A stretch of 61,355 bases of DNA, the filler included, from Dugesia japonica (taxonomy: Eukaryota), in assembly GCA_001938525.1 (NCBI GenBank). It is 4 parts of 4 records of this genome, joined end to end, with 100 filler letters (N's around TTAATTAATTAA, not from the genome) between each part and the next. Parts side by side here need not be neighbours in the genome. Positions count along the whole stretch, not along the records: positions 14,204 to 31,043 come from MQRL01585027.1; 3 more parts are not named here. The stretch is one strand, 5' to 3'. Of this stretch, positions 14,160 to 28,060 are shown piece by piece. The notes under the pieces were generated by a model. The model worked only from the letters and a program-made list of their open reading frames with translations. It searched no databases and was not told where the DNA came from. Numbering within the stretch: the first letter of the stretch is position 1; each line of letters starts with the position of its first letter. The position numbers were made by a program, and so were the translations under genes.

Positions 14160-14203
14160 NNNNNNNNNNNNNNNNNNNNNNNNNNNNNNNNNNNNNNNNN
14201 NNN

Positions 14204-14640
14204 AAAGAGTAGTGACACATGCCAGTTTGTCAGCATGTCACCACCTTAATTCAGTACTTTTAAAATCATAATTAAAAGAAGTATATGCATGTGATAATGA
14301 CAATCCTTGGATCGTTGGACTTGCAAAAGCTTGAGAAATATAACTGCTATCTCAGAATTTTAATTTGATGTGTTATTCACGAGTTATTTAGGATTTAAAA
14401 TTTTAAAGTTTGAAAACCGTGCCAGCCTCAAATTTTTATCACCTGACATTGAATTTTATACTATTAGGTAGTCAATTAAAAACTATTTATTTATTATCTA
14501 AAAAATTAGTATGAGAAAATGCATACCTTATAAGAAAATCGAAAAATGAAATACAAAAATTTTTTAAAAATATTTTTTAAAAATGGATTTTCGACATTAT
14601 TTTTTAATCAAAATGTATCAAACTTGATTAACAATGAGTA
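14204..14640. repeat. Interspersed repeat, related inverted copy at ~49189-49700
   Basis: GAGTAGTGACACATG...GTCAGCATGTCACCACCTTAATTCA matches the reverse complement of TGAATTTAGGTGGTGACATGCTGACATGTCTCACTACTC (about 49229-49268). GAGTTATTTAGGATTTAAAATTTTAAA is likewise shared. Confidence 0.65.
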
Positions 14641-15400
14641 TATTCGCAAATCAGATTGCAATGAATCATATGTCAGTCTTCAATTCAAGGTGAAGAATTT
14701 AGAATTGAAATCGGTTTAGATTTCAGAACATGTGAGAAATCAGGTTAAAGACGAGGTCAAGAAATTTAAATTTTCTAAAGTGCATTTTGGAATACATGTA
14801 AAATTTTAAGAAAATGATTTTAATGAAGGAGAAATTAAATAATGGTCGTGGTTACACAAGGCTAGATAAAATAACAGAAAAATCAAATGCTGAAATTTCA
14901 ATGTATTCAGATCTTAGCAGTGGATAAAAGATTATAAGAATATTAGAGCTATGATTTATTTTGACAAAATATGTCGCAGTAATTTATCTATCCGTTTGAT
15001 CATATTTTCAGAGTTTTACAGAATTAAATCGATCATATGCTATAGTTAATATTCATGATATGGAAAATAAATACTTCATATAGCATACGTGCAGTGCTTA
15101 AGTATGATTTAGTTAATAATAATCGGGATTGATCACAAAAATATAACAATTTTATAAATAAAAGATTAGATATATGATGAGCAGAAGATGCCAATGAAGC
15201 TCGTTAATATTCCAAAATTTGAACATCAAAACAATTTATCTTTCACAGTGCTTAAATATAATCAAACTATTGATAACAAAGTAAATGAAATTTTATACAA
15301 AAAAACCGCATGTAGACATCATTTTCAAAACAAAATACCAAAATGGTGTTGGAAAATGATCAAGAGTTTCATTATACTTCAGTGGTAAATTTCGATTGAC
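14640..15400 (+). pseudogene. Polinton/adintovirus-like protein-primed PolB N-terminal remnant
   Basis: KVHFGIHVKF (compare KIQFGIHVEF at about 34590), MPMKLVNIPKFEHQNNLSF (IPKFExQN motif) and ENDQEFHYTSVVNF (compare KFHYTAIVNL at about 35200). Heavily degraded. Confidence 0.7.
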
Positions 15401-15913
15401 AGTTGAATTTATACGATCGAACCCAGAAAATTCAAATAATTATTTAATTTAATTTTTTAATTTAATTTAATTTACTTAATTTTTTTTATATAAATGTAAC
15501 AACAAAATATTCAAAAATTTGGAAAATTATTTCAATATCAAATTTAAATTACTGCTTTTTCTTCTAAATTTATTTTTAATTTTACTTTTTATTTATTTTA
15601 CATCTGAAACTTAGATTATAAGTAAATTTGATAATTACTTTTGAAAAATTGATATACTGTTAAAAGTTTAATAAGTTTTTAATCTTATATATAGTCGAAA
15701 TGTGTGTATTTATGCGTGTGCTTGGTGTGTAATATTTTTTCTTACCTTTTTCTATAATATAATCACTTATTAAACTTTAAGTAAGATTTTATACATATAA
15801 ATCTATNNNNNNNNNNNNNNNNNNNNNNNNNNNNNNNNNNNNNNNNNNNNNNNNNNNNNNNNNNNNNNNNNNNNNNNNNNNNNNNNNNNNNNNNNNNNNN
15901 NNNNNNNNNNNNN

Positions 15914-16430
15914 ATAAGATCCTACCTTTATAAATATTGGATAATACATCTTTAGCCTGAGCTGGTCTGTCGAACTCAGCGATGTATCCTCCATAGCTTT
16001 TACACATTGCCGATGCACCTCCGAAACTGTGAACGGTCTCTATAGCGTAGTAGTGGCCATACTTATTTAACGTTTGGTCATTTCGTATTTGAATTTTACA
16101 CTGAAGTTGCGGGATTTTCGGTACTTTTGTTGATGTATTGTTTAAAATTTGTTCATCAACTTGCAAGTAAATTCCCATTTGGTTACTTATTCTTTTCTTG
16201 TTAAAAATTAATATACATTGAAATGTGTTTTCTCTATATTGCACTTTACAACACAGAGAAAATTGGCACTGTCCAATACAATCCATTAAATCTCTTTCAC
16301 CAATATCTAACTCCGATAAATCACATTCATTAGTAAATTGTTCAACAGGTTTCCAAAACATTTCCGTTTTTAGTTTCTTAGAAAAGACATAAATCATTAT
16401 TAGAAAAATATTTCTTGTTTGAATCATCAT
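15914..16430 (-). CDS. Secreted protein with Cys-rich PAN/apple-like segment and start of a C-type lectin domain (3' end lost in gap)
   Basis: Intact ORF. Hydrophobic N-terminus (NIFLIMIYVFS); DCIGQCQFSLCCKVQYRENTFQC (PAN-like spacing); GHYYAIETVHSFGGASAMCKSYGGYIAEF (typical CTLD start). Confidence 0.65.
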
Positions 16431-17126
16431 TAATGCGAATAATTTCAACTTTGCATTTTCGATGAATTTAATATTTCAAATAATCCAATAGAATTTCAAC
16501 AAATAATTCCCGAATTTATGTTTCGTTTTTATACTGTAAATAATAATCGAACTGTTAAACATTATCTCTTCAATCATTAAAAAAGACGTTAATTAAGACG
16601 GGATAATTTACATTATTTCTACCACAGTTTTGTGTAGACCTGTTTCGACCAAAAAGTATCTTTTGAGATGCAAATAATTACCAAATTATCAGTTCAGTAT
16701 AGATAATTTATTAGAGATTATTTATCAAGTTTTCTAAATTCTAGCTTAATTCATCAATCTTTGAAATATAAATGGTATTTTTGTCAAAATACATAAACAT
16801 ATTTATAGAATTTATAAAATAATTAAAAGTAATTGTGGAATTTATAGAATACCTAAGAAAATAAATATACAAAAATTAATTTAAAAACAATTAATATAAA
16901 TTAATTGTTTAACAACTAATTACAAAAATGTAATCAAACATGCTTTACTTCAACAGGAATAATAATTAAAAAATATTATCTTCTTCATTTTGTATTTTTA
17001 TTAAAAAGATAATCAAACATTCTAATATTAATAACTTAACAAACCTTCAATCTCATATATAAAAATTCAGTCTTTGTAACAAAAAAAAACAAATCACAAA
17101 AGCAGCATTGTAATGAAATTCTATCC

Positions 17127-17375
17127 TTATTCAATACCACAGTTTTTACAAATCAATCGTTGCGCTACTAAGCACTTTCCCCGCGTATACTTTTCATACT
17201 TCAAACATATTCCTGTTGCTCTATTATCCGAGCAATACTTTATTTGTCTACTTGGAATGGATTGGATTTTTCTTGAGACTGATGAAAGTCCTAGACGTTT
17301 TTTTAGATACCACTGCAAATTCTTCTCCTAACTGGAATAAGAAATCTTTACGTGAAATATTTTCATTTGCCTTTT
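17127..17375 (-). pseudogene. piggyBac (PGBD-type) transposase C-terminal remnant
   Basis: ENISRKDFLFQLGEEF, then Cys-rich tail QIKYCSDNRATGICLKYEKYTRGKC...CKNC. Confidence 0.7.
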
Positions 17376-19439
17376 ATTTGTATGATTTTTCGTAAAAATT
17401 AATTTAAAAAAGAGAAAATCAACAGTTTTATTACTTACAATACTCATTACAACAATGGTTCATCAAATTTTTTATGAACGAAAACAAACTTCAAGTGTAT
17501 CACTACCAAATTGGAGAAAAAATGCGTTATTTAGTTTTTAGAATAAGTCACTGTAATGATCTATACTAAAATGCAAGATGGCGAGAAACAAGCGAATATC
17601 AGAGTTATTCAGTAACTCCTGTATTTTATGTTACAACTGAAATCAGGATTCTATAATCTGATTATAATTGATTTGATGCTGTAAAATCATGTTATTTATA
17701 TGTAAAATGTTTAAAATTATAAACCAACATGAATTCGTTGCGATGTCAAAGGACACCTCATGATAGAAATAGGTATACCATGTTCACATTTTTAGATTCA
17801 AAGAATGAGCTGGAGAAAAATGATATTGCTGAAATTATTTAACAACTACTTGGTTTAGTGTACAGAAATTCTCTATGAGTTCACTATAATTTCACAAAAC
17901 TGCAAGCGGAATGTTGATTTGATCTTTGCTATGAACGTTTCGGCAACCCTTGAGACATTCAATTTTGAAAGCGAATCGTTACGGAGATGACAAATACGTT
18001 AATTATCTCAAAGAATACTAGAAGTGATTGACAACAATGGATTGTTGTACAATGGAGAGTACTTTAAAGAATGACTATTATTTTGTTCACGAATTCTTTG
18101 CTATTGAAATCATTGAATTGAACCGTTACTAACTTTTAATGTAACCTTGTCGTAATCAAACCATTAGCCTCTAGTAGAAGGCAAATCAATGTTCAGAATT
18201 GAATTTAAAATTATATTTCTACATATATCTCAACATAGAATTTTGTATAATTATTAAAAATATTTATTGTTTTTCCTGATTTATATTTCCGTATTATTTA
18301 TTTGGCGGAGATTTCTGGTTTGATAAGTTATCATTACATTATTTCCGGTGAATTATTTGAAAATATAATTTCTTTTTTCTGAATTAATTTATTAATATCA
18401 ATAGGTTTTACAGCGTTAATTAAAAAAGTAAAAAATTTGATAGAAAACATTAAAATTCTCAAAAGATCGAATGTGATCCTGAAAGATTGTATCGTTAAAC
18501 TCTTTCTTTCCAATAACGAAAAATGAGAACTTTGATCGTTCAAATATAGTTTGTTACATTTATCAATCAATCAGTTTCAACATCAAAAGTTACAAATTGT
18601 GAAATCAATGATTTTCCAGTTAGATTTAGAACATATTGCAAATATTTGTAAAAAGAGGTAGACATTGTCATCCAAAGACTATCAATAGTAGAGAATAAGA
18701 GGGCATTGAGTCACTCCATTTTACTCCTTACTTAAGTAATTTTAGCGGCTTAAAAATTTTATGTTTTTTGTATGACGATGAACATTACATATTCAGTGTG
18801 CGATAAAAATTAGTGTAGAAACCGATTACGTAACTTTTGCTTGTATTTGTTGTATGTCTAGTTCAATTGTTTTCAGTTTCTTATTGATTTTATTTTAATT
18901 TATCTAAATTTAATTTTCTAGATTATTTTTAAATTTGGTGGTTAATTTTAAATTTTTTTGATTTATTTATTAAGTTAATAAATAATTAATTATTAAGTTT
19001 AATTGCATTTGCTTTGTTATCTCAATATTGTTTATTTTTAGCATTAATTTTAAACTTTTAAATGTTTAATTTAATTAAATTAACTTTCAATTGATAAAAT
19101 TTAAAAAACACATAAATTACAAATAATTTTGAATACAAATTTATAAGCACAATTGATACAACTTAAAATAATAAACCATAAATAATTTTAAATACAATAA
19201 GACAAGATTTACAAAAAGAAAGACATTTAAAACACAATTAAACATATAAAAACTGGGAAAATTCCCAGCGAAAATTAAAAATTCCCTTCGGTTGATATCA
19301 AAATTTTCCCTTGATATATAAAAATTAGATTCCTCGCGTAAATAGAAAAATTTTCCTCAGTTGATATTACTATTTGAATTTTGATTTTACGTGTTATATT
19401 TATTATTTAGACGGCTACAATAATGTTTCAAATGTTATA

Positions 19440-19512
19440 AGCACGTGACACTTAATCACCAAAATTTAATCATCTACATGATGGACATTTAATCATGCGA
19501 CAATTCAATCAT
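19440..19512. repeat. ACTTAATCAC-type short tandem motif (same family as 52680-52800, MULE-terminus-like)
   Basis: GACACTTAATCACC, GGACATTTAATCATG and GACAATTCAATCAT repeats. Confidence 0.5.
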
Positions 19513-19804
19513 TGTTTGTGGCCCTAAAGAGAATTGTTTGATTCTCATTGAATTATTGGTACATACATTTATTATAAATTAAAAAAAACATTTCAATAAA
19601 TATTAAATATAATTAAAATAAATAAATTTTATATTTCTAATAATATGTATATAAATTTTGTGGAAATTATTTAATAATTATTTGTATAATATTACGTTTT
19701 ATAGTATCTGATTAAAAACTTGGAAATACTAAAGGATTTTCGAAACCGACAGCAAACTTAAATTACCAAACAACTACATATATCATTGAGTAACTTAATA
19801 GCTT

Positions 19805-20132
19805 TACCGTATTTTTCCGAAAATAAAACTGTTATTCTTTCGTTTTTAGTCTAAAATACGTGTTAGTGCTTATTATCGGAGGATATCTTATTTATCAAGT
19901 TATACTCGTTTAATAGTCATTTATATATAAGAATTTCACATTTATTACTTTTATTTTAACTAACCTATGTACATTTTATGTAAATTTAAATTTATTTGAA
20001 TACAGTAATGTCATCTTCTTCTGGAACATCGTCATAACTTATAATACAAATGAAAAATTTAAAATGTTTTTTTGATAATTACAAATTTTTCACATTTTTT
20101 TGACTAAGGCTTATTTTCGAAAAAAAACGGTA
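19805..20132. mobile_element. ~325-bp MITE, Tc1/mariner-pogo (CCGT-end) type
   Basis: TA-CCGTATTTTTCCGAAAATAA at left; TTATTTTCGAAAAAAAACGG-TA at right (imperfect TIR, TA duplication). Confidence 0.75.
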
Positions 20133-22270
20133 TATATAGTTTCATGTTCTTCAAATTGTTATAAAGAAATTAAGTAATAATAATTAGATTAACTCGTTAA
20201 CCCCCAATTTAATTTTTTTTAAAGATTATTAATGCAAAAATCATAAACATGGCTTCTTAAAGTTTAGAAGCGAATAACACAAACACTAAAATACATCTGA
20301 TAAAAGCAAAACATGACAAGTGTAGGCATATTATTGTTTATTATTCTTATTCTAAAAGTAGAATGGAAAAAGGTTTAGGTAGAGTACTAAAAAAATTATA
20401 AAGCGTCTCCTCAAAAAAGGGCGCTAGATGTTAATGAGTTAATGGATATTTTATTTAAACATTCTAGTTCAGTTGTCAAAGAATTTCAATATAACATAAA
20501 ACTACATAGTAATACTTTGAAATGACACTGTGCTGCATCGTAGGATCTGCAATTCCGATTTTTGCTCAAATTTATTATATACTTTTCGTTGTAATTCTTC
20601 AATATTTAAATTTAATCTTCTACTTACAACTTTTCAGTAACTGATTTATAATAAAAGAAGTAAAAAGATTTAAATTTCTAAACAAATTTTCAATTCCATT
20701 TTGTAAGTAGAAAAAATGTTTAACTGTTTAAATTAATATTTTGGCACAGTCAATTAATTCGTCTATAACAACCAGATTATGACAAAAAACAATAATTCTT
20801 TACTAATAATAAAAACAAATTACAGAGAAAATATAATTTATGGCATAAAAATCCGGAATTATTAATAATTTCAAACAATATCAAATTGATAATCTAAAAT
20901 ATTTCACCCAAACAAAAGGGAATTCTGAAATATGTAAAGCAAATCTTATCAAATGAATCAATTAATAAAAACAGTTGAAAAACAAAAAAAATCCATTAAT
21001 AAAATATATGAAGCATTAAATGATAATGTTAAACAACAAAATATAAACAAAAACTAAAAACCAATCAATCAACAGTCGAGATAAATATATAATATTTAAT
21101 AATTTAACTATATTAGAAATTCTATTTCATTAATATTCACTAATTAAGCACAAAATTTATTTTCATATTCAAATGAATTATTTAAAAAAAAAATTCTCTT
21201 CGTATTTATTTTCACACAACAAAAAGATTAGTTCTCGGTTATCGAATTCCCAAAATATTTGTGCCAACTAGTCAAACGTTGAATAGTGTTAATAAAAGTG
21301 CCAAATTTAGAAAATTCGCATCAACTTACCAAAATTAAAAAGCAAGCATTGTACGATTCATTCACTTCAAATTTACAGTAAAAGAACTATACAAATCAGA
21401 ATTAAATAAATTAATCAAAAAAATAAATTTGAAAATTGAATTATCTATACTTAATTAAAGTTATTACACGAAATTCTAATTTAGAAAATAAGTTGTTTAC
21501 CCAAAATTCACCTTAACTAAGTGAAAATTTAAATAAAATAAATTACGTAGTATTAAAATGGAAAAAAATCAATTTGCTAAACAATTATGGATTTCATAAT
21601 TAAAGTTAGAACTTTATTATTATCGTCAGTAGTGCGTTTCAAGTTATGCTTGCTATACATTGTTGGAGTTGATTATTTAGCGTGACCGCAAAATAGAATT
21701 GCGATGTATTTTTATTTAATAAATTATATGATAGTAGGTAAATTGAAGCGCACTGTAACTAAGACATTGTCTACCTCCCTTCCCATAAACAAAGTGTTCT
21801 AGAAATTTGGTGTTTTACAAATTTTGTCTTTGTTGTAATGTTGGACAAATAAGTTAACTAAATTTGCGAGAATAGTGAACTACGATAGTAAATTGGGAAA
21901 TTGGAAATTAATAGATCGATTAATTTAATAACCTTAATAAATTGAAATTAAGAAGTAATAAATATTAAAAGGAATTTAATGTTAAAGCAAAAAAAATGAG
22001 CAACTTGTAAAACAAATTAACATCAAAACGAGTAACTGAACCGGGCCGAAATATTACTATTTATAAAATAAAACCATGATGCATGAATATTATTAGTTAC
22101 AGGTATAAATATTTATAAAAGTAGATGCATAATAAGAGTTGAATTGAGAAAATAAAATATGATTATTTTGTAAAGCTGTGGAAAAGAAATATATTATTCG
22201 TAGAAAATATGATAGGAATTATTAGCTAATAATTTAGGAAATAATCAATTAATAGGTTTTTTTGGCTTTA

Positions 22271-22390
22271 TTAAGGGCCATCCATAGAGTACGTCACGCT
22301 AGGGAGGAGAGAAGAGATTTAAGAAAGTGTGATAGTTTGTGAAACGGAGGGAGCGCAAAGATCATATATGACGTCATAAAAATGTGACTA
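22271..22390 (+). mobile_element. One end of a non-autonomous DNA transposon (TTAA-GGGCCATCCATAGAGTACGTCACGC)
   Basis: GC-rich terminus after TTAA resembling common invertebrate DNA-transposon ends, with an internal ACGTCA/TGACGT inverted motif. Partner end not found. Confidence 0.4.
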
Positions 22391-24559
22391 AAATTTAAGC
22401 TGAATTCAATTAGTTTTTTTTGAAATAGCTCTACTGCTTTTTCAGCCGGGCAACTGCCATAAATACGGACTAATCCTAAATTTTGTTGTTTTCCATCACT
22501 TTCGTGAATATTTTAATCGACCACTCATCTAACGTCAAATTAATTTTTTTTCTTTTATCTTATTATAGTTTGAAAATATTCAGCCAACTGTTTCTTTTTT
22601 TTCGTTGAAAATTCCATTACTAATTTTATTAAAGTTTTATTATTTTTGAGTAAAGAGTAGCCATGTCGTGAAAATTATTCTCGTATAAAAGAGCTCTTTA
22701 CAACACTACTTAACCGAAATTCCATATATTGCGACCAATTTTGGTAAAATTTCAGCCATTTATGGTTTTTTCAAATTTTTTTTCATTAATCCCTGTGTTT
22801 CTATCTTTTCCTTTTTTGTTACAGGTATGTATGTTTCTGATGATGTGCCTGGGTTATTGTTTGTTACATTTTAGTCAACAGATTTTCTTTTAATCTTATG
22901 TATATTTTCCAAATTTCAAATTAAACTTGATGTAGTAAATAAAATTTTGTTGCCTTTACTACAAGTTGCTCTTTCCTCTGCACAGTTTATTTAAAAATAT
23001 TTCCAAACCTCGGATTCCATCTCAAGGACTAAAAAATATATATTTAATTGTAATTAATTAAAACACAACTATATGAAATATTACTACCTAGTAATTCAAT
23101 TCTTTGCACTGAAATTGATTTCATTTTTAAATATTATGTGCATATGGAAAAATTAGACAGAAAATTGAAAGGAAAACTAAAATACTTGTAAAAAGGAAAT
23201 TACGTAACTAAAAAAATATTAAACTTTAGCCGTCCTGTCATCGGTAGTTGAAGTGATAGCAAATGTGGATAGTAATGTTCTATAAAGAAATTTGAATTTT
23301 AGAGCTTTTGGTTTGTGTTTACGTCAAGTTCCAGTTGAATATGAGCTAAATTTATTTTCTTTTTAGCTGGAGCTTTTGCAAACAGAAACTCGAGCTTTAT
23401 TTGTTACATTTTCGACGATTAAGCTCGAGCTGCCAACTCTAAAACCAATGTATAATTTATATGATTAAATGAATAACCTATGTAAATTAGATGAATTTGG
23501 TTATAACAGACTGTCTTAATCTTATTTGGTTAAACAATCCTAAAATAAATATAATNTACAATAATTAAACTAAATAATTAAATATAAAATAAGAATTAAA
23601 ATTAACCAAATAAAAATTTGATAAAAATAAATTATTTCAAAAATTATTACTATTATAAACATAGATCTTGAATAAATTAAAAAAGTAAATTCCTGATGAA
23701 GACAAGGTCAAAATATTGAATTGTTATTAAATATCAATAAAAAAANNNNNNNNNNNNNNNNNNNNNNNNNNNNNNNNNNNNNNNNNNNNNNNNNNGCTTT
23801 TATTTTAAATGAATTCTGTAAAACGATCAATGGTTATTTCCAACAATTATTCTCGCAATAATTGCAATTTTTAAACTTATTGTCCAATAAAATAATTCAG
23901 TTAGTTCCAGATAATTGCAATGGTGTCTTTACTAGTATCTCTAGTTGTTTTTAAAAGCGAATTAAAATTTTTTGTATATATAATATTTTAATTAAATCAT
24001 TAAAGAAATTTGTGAAATAAACATAAAAGTTTATGTAATTAAATGTTTCAAGAAAAGAAATTTTTAAATTTATAAATTAATTAAAACGAATTTATTAATA
24101 AATTAAAAATTTATAATTTATAGTTTATATTTAAAATTTATAATTCGTAGTGATAAATAATATATATTTCGGAAATTATTAAATTTCTTGCTAATTTTCT
24201 TTACAAAATATTTTTATTAGATTTTTAAATTTTATTAATAAAATATTTTAATAAACCAATTTTTTTATTTCCGACCCATTTATAATATTTTTAAAGTTTG
24301 TTTGAAAAGATAAATTTATATTTTGTGCTGTTTTTTTGTCTTGTATTTGAATAAAGTTTGGAAATGAAAAGTGTTGATTTTTTCAATGCAACGATGAGAG
24401 TTACAGGTTAATCTTACATGGTACATTCATATTGTTCAAGATCTTCAATGATAGAATTTAATCAATCAAAACCAATAACTATAAATAAGCTGATATTCGA
24501 AAAAGCAGAAATGAAAAGATAGAATCCTGATCAGAAAAAAGTATGCCACAAATAAAAAT

Positions 24560-25810
24560 CAAGTTATAAATATAAAAAAAATGAATAAAATTCCAGGTTC
24601 AAAATAAATTTAAAGCGTTGAAATATTAACCACAAAATATGAAATTACGCAGATTCTCAACTACGCAAAGGATGCCTCAGCTTTTGGACCAGATAAAATA
24701 AATTAGAAAATTCTTAAAAACCTTGATACTGAAGGAAGAACTCTAGGATATCTTTGTAAAATATTTGTAGAAAATTATAACGTTGTAAAATGCTGGAAAA
24801 CTTATAATACTCTCTTAATTCCAAAGAGCGATAAAGACAAAATTAATTATTGCAAAGTTGACAATTGTAGACCTATTTCTATTTTATAACATGTCTTTGT
24901 AATCAATTATTCAAATGGCTCGAAAACGATCAAGTAATTCAGAAGATTACACAGAGCATAATCTAACTTGGATATTTCTATTTGAAGAATCTAAAAGACT
25001 AAACTCAATATCAATATTTTCTTCACTGGTTTAGACGGTGCCTTTGGTAGTGTTACACTTGAAGTCATTATAAGTATATGAGTATATAAGTATATGAGAA
25101 AACTGATACAATAATATCATCAAATGAATTGAACCTTTTCCCTTGAACGGAGGAGTCCAACAAGAATACCAATTATTAATGTTGCTTTTCAATGATGTCA
25201 TTAACTCAGTACTTTGCGAAGTTAATCTGATTAATTTCACCGATAAGATTCAACATTTTGGCTGATTTGGTAATCATTCATAGAAATTCAGAAACATTGA
25301 TCAAACAAAATCATCACTTTGGCTTGAATGAAAATAAAATCGTCTAAATGTGCAGTAATATCAATTGAAGAAAAAAACCAATAGAGTATTTTATCAAAAA
25401 TAATGAAATCACCAACATTCAAAAAAGATCCAAAGAAATAATACAAATATCTGGGTATTGGAAGATTCATTATTCACAATTCCCATGATGTATGCTCGAA
25501 AATTCATCAAAGTAATCTAAACTTTTGTCTTTAAAAAAGAAGATGAAACTTTATCTGAGTTGAATCCAAAACAAGTTTTCATAACTTCTGAAATTCAGAC
25601 AAAAAATATCGATTTGACAAATATTCCAAGTCGTAAAAGTAATAAAAAAAAGATAAAAAGAAAAAAATCTCCGAATAAGATCCTGATAAAATAAACATCA
25701 ATTTTGAAAAGAAAACGAGATATGATTGCCGATGTGACAATAAAGAAGAAGATAATATTGAAAATACTAAAAGATTTCTATATGAATTGAAGAAAATTGA
25801 GAAATATGGT
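24560..25810 (+). pseudogene. Non-LTR retrotransposon reverse transcriptase remnant (R2/R4-like)
   Basis: Ordered motifs: SAFGPDKI (about 24675), CWKTYNTLLIPKSDKD, NCRPIS (about 24862), AFGSV (about 25040), GVQQ (about 25152), KYLGI (about 25445). Many stops. Confidence 0.75.
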
Positions 25811-25899
25811 ACAGCCATGTTATTCAAATTCTTCAAAGATAAAATTAAATTGCTTATAGTGCTTAAAATGTTTAAGAAAATTTAATAGATTTAATGCAT

Positions 25900-27070
25900 T
25901 AAAAACTTTGTAAAACAATCAACGCGTAGAAAATAAAAAAAGAATAAATTCGATGAAAAAACTTCGAGTACAAAGAAACAACAATACTAAACCAACAGTT
26001 TAGAGAATAATCTTATACTTTCGCCACAACAGATACATCATCAAACAATGGAAATGACTTAACAAAGAATTGTGCACAATGTGAAAACCCGTTTAGGTAA
26101 TAATATTGACGGCAAGTAGACCAAATTTGTTTTAGTTGTTTGACAAAAACTCGGCAAGAAGTAAACGTAATAACTACAAGCTGTCCAGTATGTTTGGATA
26201 AGGTTAAGAGAATGATAAATAACATTTTTATTAGAAGAAAAGAAAAGATATTAGATGTTTTTAGACAACAACGTTACAAAGGTTATTCCGAATTTACAAT
26301 TAGACTTACGCAGATAGTTATCAGTATTACGAAAAGTACTAGTATGAAGAGCGTAAAGGAAACTTTTTACTATGACTATAGAACCAACATATTCTTGAAA
26401 TGGTACGAAGAAGAAAACTAATCAATTTATTCATGACAAAATAAGAAGCTCGTGTAATATATCATAATGAGACGTTAGTAAAGACATATTGAAAACATGA
26501 TAATGAAGACAATGCGAGTCGGGAAAAGAAGATTTACATCGAAGCAAAGAAGATTTACAAAGAAAATAACATCACAGAGTATCATTGTAAAAGAAAAAAA
26601 GAAAATGATGAATACGAAAATCGATATGGTTACTATTGTAGACAAAAAGAAACTGTGATCAATTAAACTATAAACAGAATAAATTACATCAGAAAACAAT
26701 AAGGTGAAAATAAACGATTTAACATATTGAAAAAAAACACTAAAAGGCAAGACAACAAAATTTCATCCGTTATAATTGATACAAGACGAGACCACAAGTT
26801 AGAGATTACTTGTTAACATTAAAAACATGTTTCACATGCAGAAAGCGAGGGCATGTAACAAAGCATTGTTGAGATGGAATGGAAAGTCCAGATGAACAAC
26901 CAAAACATAGTGCATCTAGAAAATGTATAATTAACGATAAGGATGTAAAAATGTTTCAGACGTAAGGGGATTGAACAAAACAGATCGTAGGACGATTGGA
27001 TAAATCATGGACGGGTATGGGCAGATACTCCTAGACAGTCTAGCAATCAATAGAAAAGAAATTATTGAAT
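25900..27070 (+). pseudogene. LTR-retrotransposon gag (CCHC zinc knuckle)/protease remnant
   Basis: KTCFTCRKRGHVTKHC at about 26822-26870 (CX2CX4HX4C). A QILLDS protease-like motif follows at about 27022-27040. Upstream are CXXC pairs (CAQC, CFSC, CPVC). Confidence 0.6.
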
Positions 27071-27730
27071 TAACTAATAACCACCAATAATAATAGAATT
27101 ATAATAAAGCTTATAATAAATTTTAAAATACTTATTAAAAATAAAGACTAAATTGAATTTTTTTTGAAAAAGTTTCTTAGAAATAAAATCAGAATTGTTT
27201 AAATTGGCTAATAATCAAAATTTATTTGCAAAATTTATTGAAAATAAATAAATATTTTCAATAAATTTAATGTTATAATTAATAACTAATGAAAATTGAT
27301 TTTAATCAGATTAATTTGAGTTGTGTTTTTATTTCAATTATTGATGAAAGCATAGCCGAAATATTGAACAATCCATGAAAATAGAAGAACAGCAATTTTA
27401 ATCTTAAATATTTTTTCAATAAATAATTTTTTCATAAAAATTAATTTATTCTAGTGATTACTTTTATTTAAATTTTTAATTAAGCATTGTATTATTAAAT
27501 TTAAAAGATAAGCTTTTGATTATTGTAAATTTATTGAATAAATAAATTATATTAGTAATATTTTGAATTGGTATTTTTTTTTATACATAAATAGTATTGA
27601 ATAGACAATATAGTTATTTAATGTTATTATATTATCGTTCGATTCATATTTAACCTTAGAAAGATAATTTTAAATTGAGGAGTAACTTCGTTTTACAAAA
27701 TTTTGTCAAATATCAATAAAGACTGGATAG

Positions 27731-28060
27731 AATTTGGTTTCTGATGATGGGTCTGTATGCCTAACACCTAACAATGGATATAAAACAAAATATTTAAAAT
27801 TCTACGGTGAGTTTTACAGACTCACTTAAACAAATTAATTTCATTTAAATCTCATTATGACTTTCAATATTTTTTGTTTAAAATTATTTATCTTTTTTCA
27901 AATAAAATTAATTCAATCTTCATTAACAAACATAATTTACAAAAGGTGTGCAATTAAAACAATTAGACAATCTCACAATTAAAATAAATAAATAATATTT
28001 TTTATTTAAATTTCAGACAAAAATGGAATAATTTTATAGAAAGACTAACTGTTGATTGGT
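27731..28060 (+). CDS. Candidate host exons (27731-27806 and from 28017), product unknown
   Basis: tAG|NLVSDDGSVCLTPNNGYKTKYLKFY, a strong phase-1 donor G|gtgagt, then tttcAG| giving in-frame DKNGIIFIERLTVDW. Confidence 0.35.

Noticed and set aside
14104-14203. Palindromic TTAATTAATTAA recurring three times (also at 31088 and 46270)
   Set aside because: Always embedded in near-equal-length N runs; an assembly linker, not biology. Adjacency across these points is uncertain.
17560-18720. Coding-like remnants of unknown TE type
   Set aside because: No diagnostic motif recognised.
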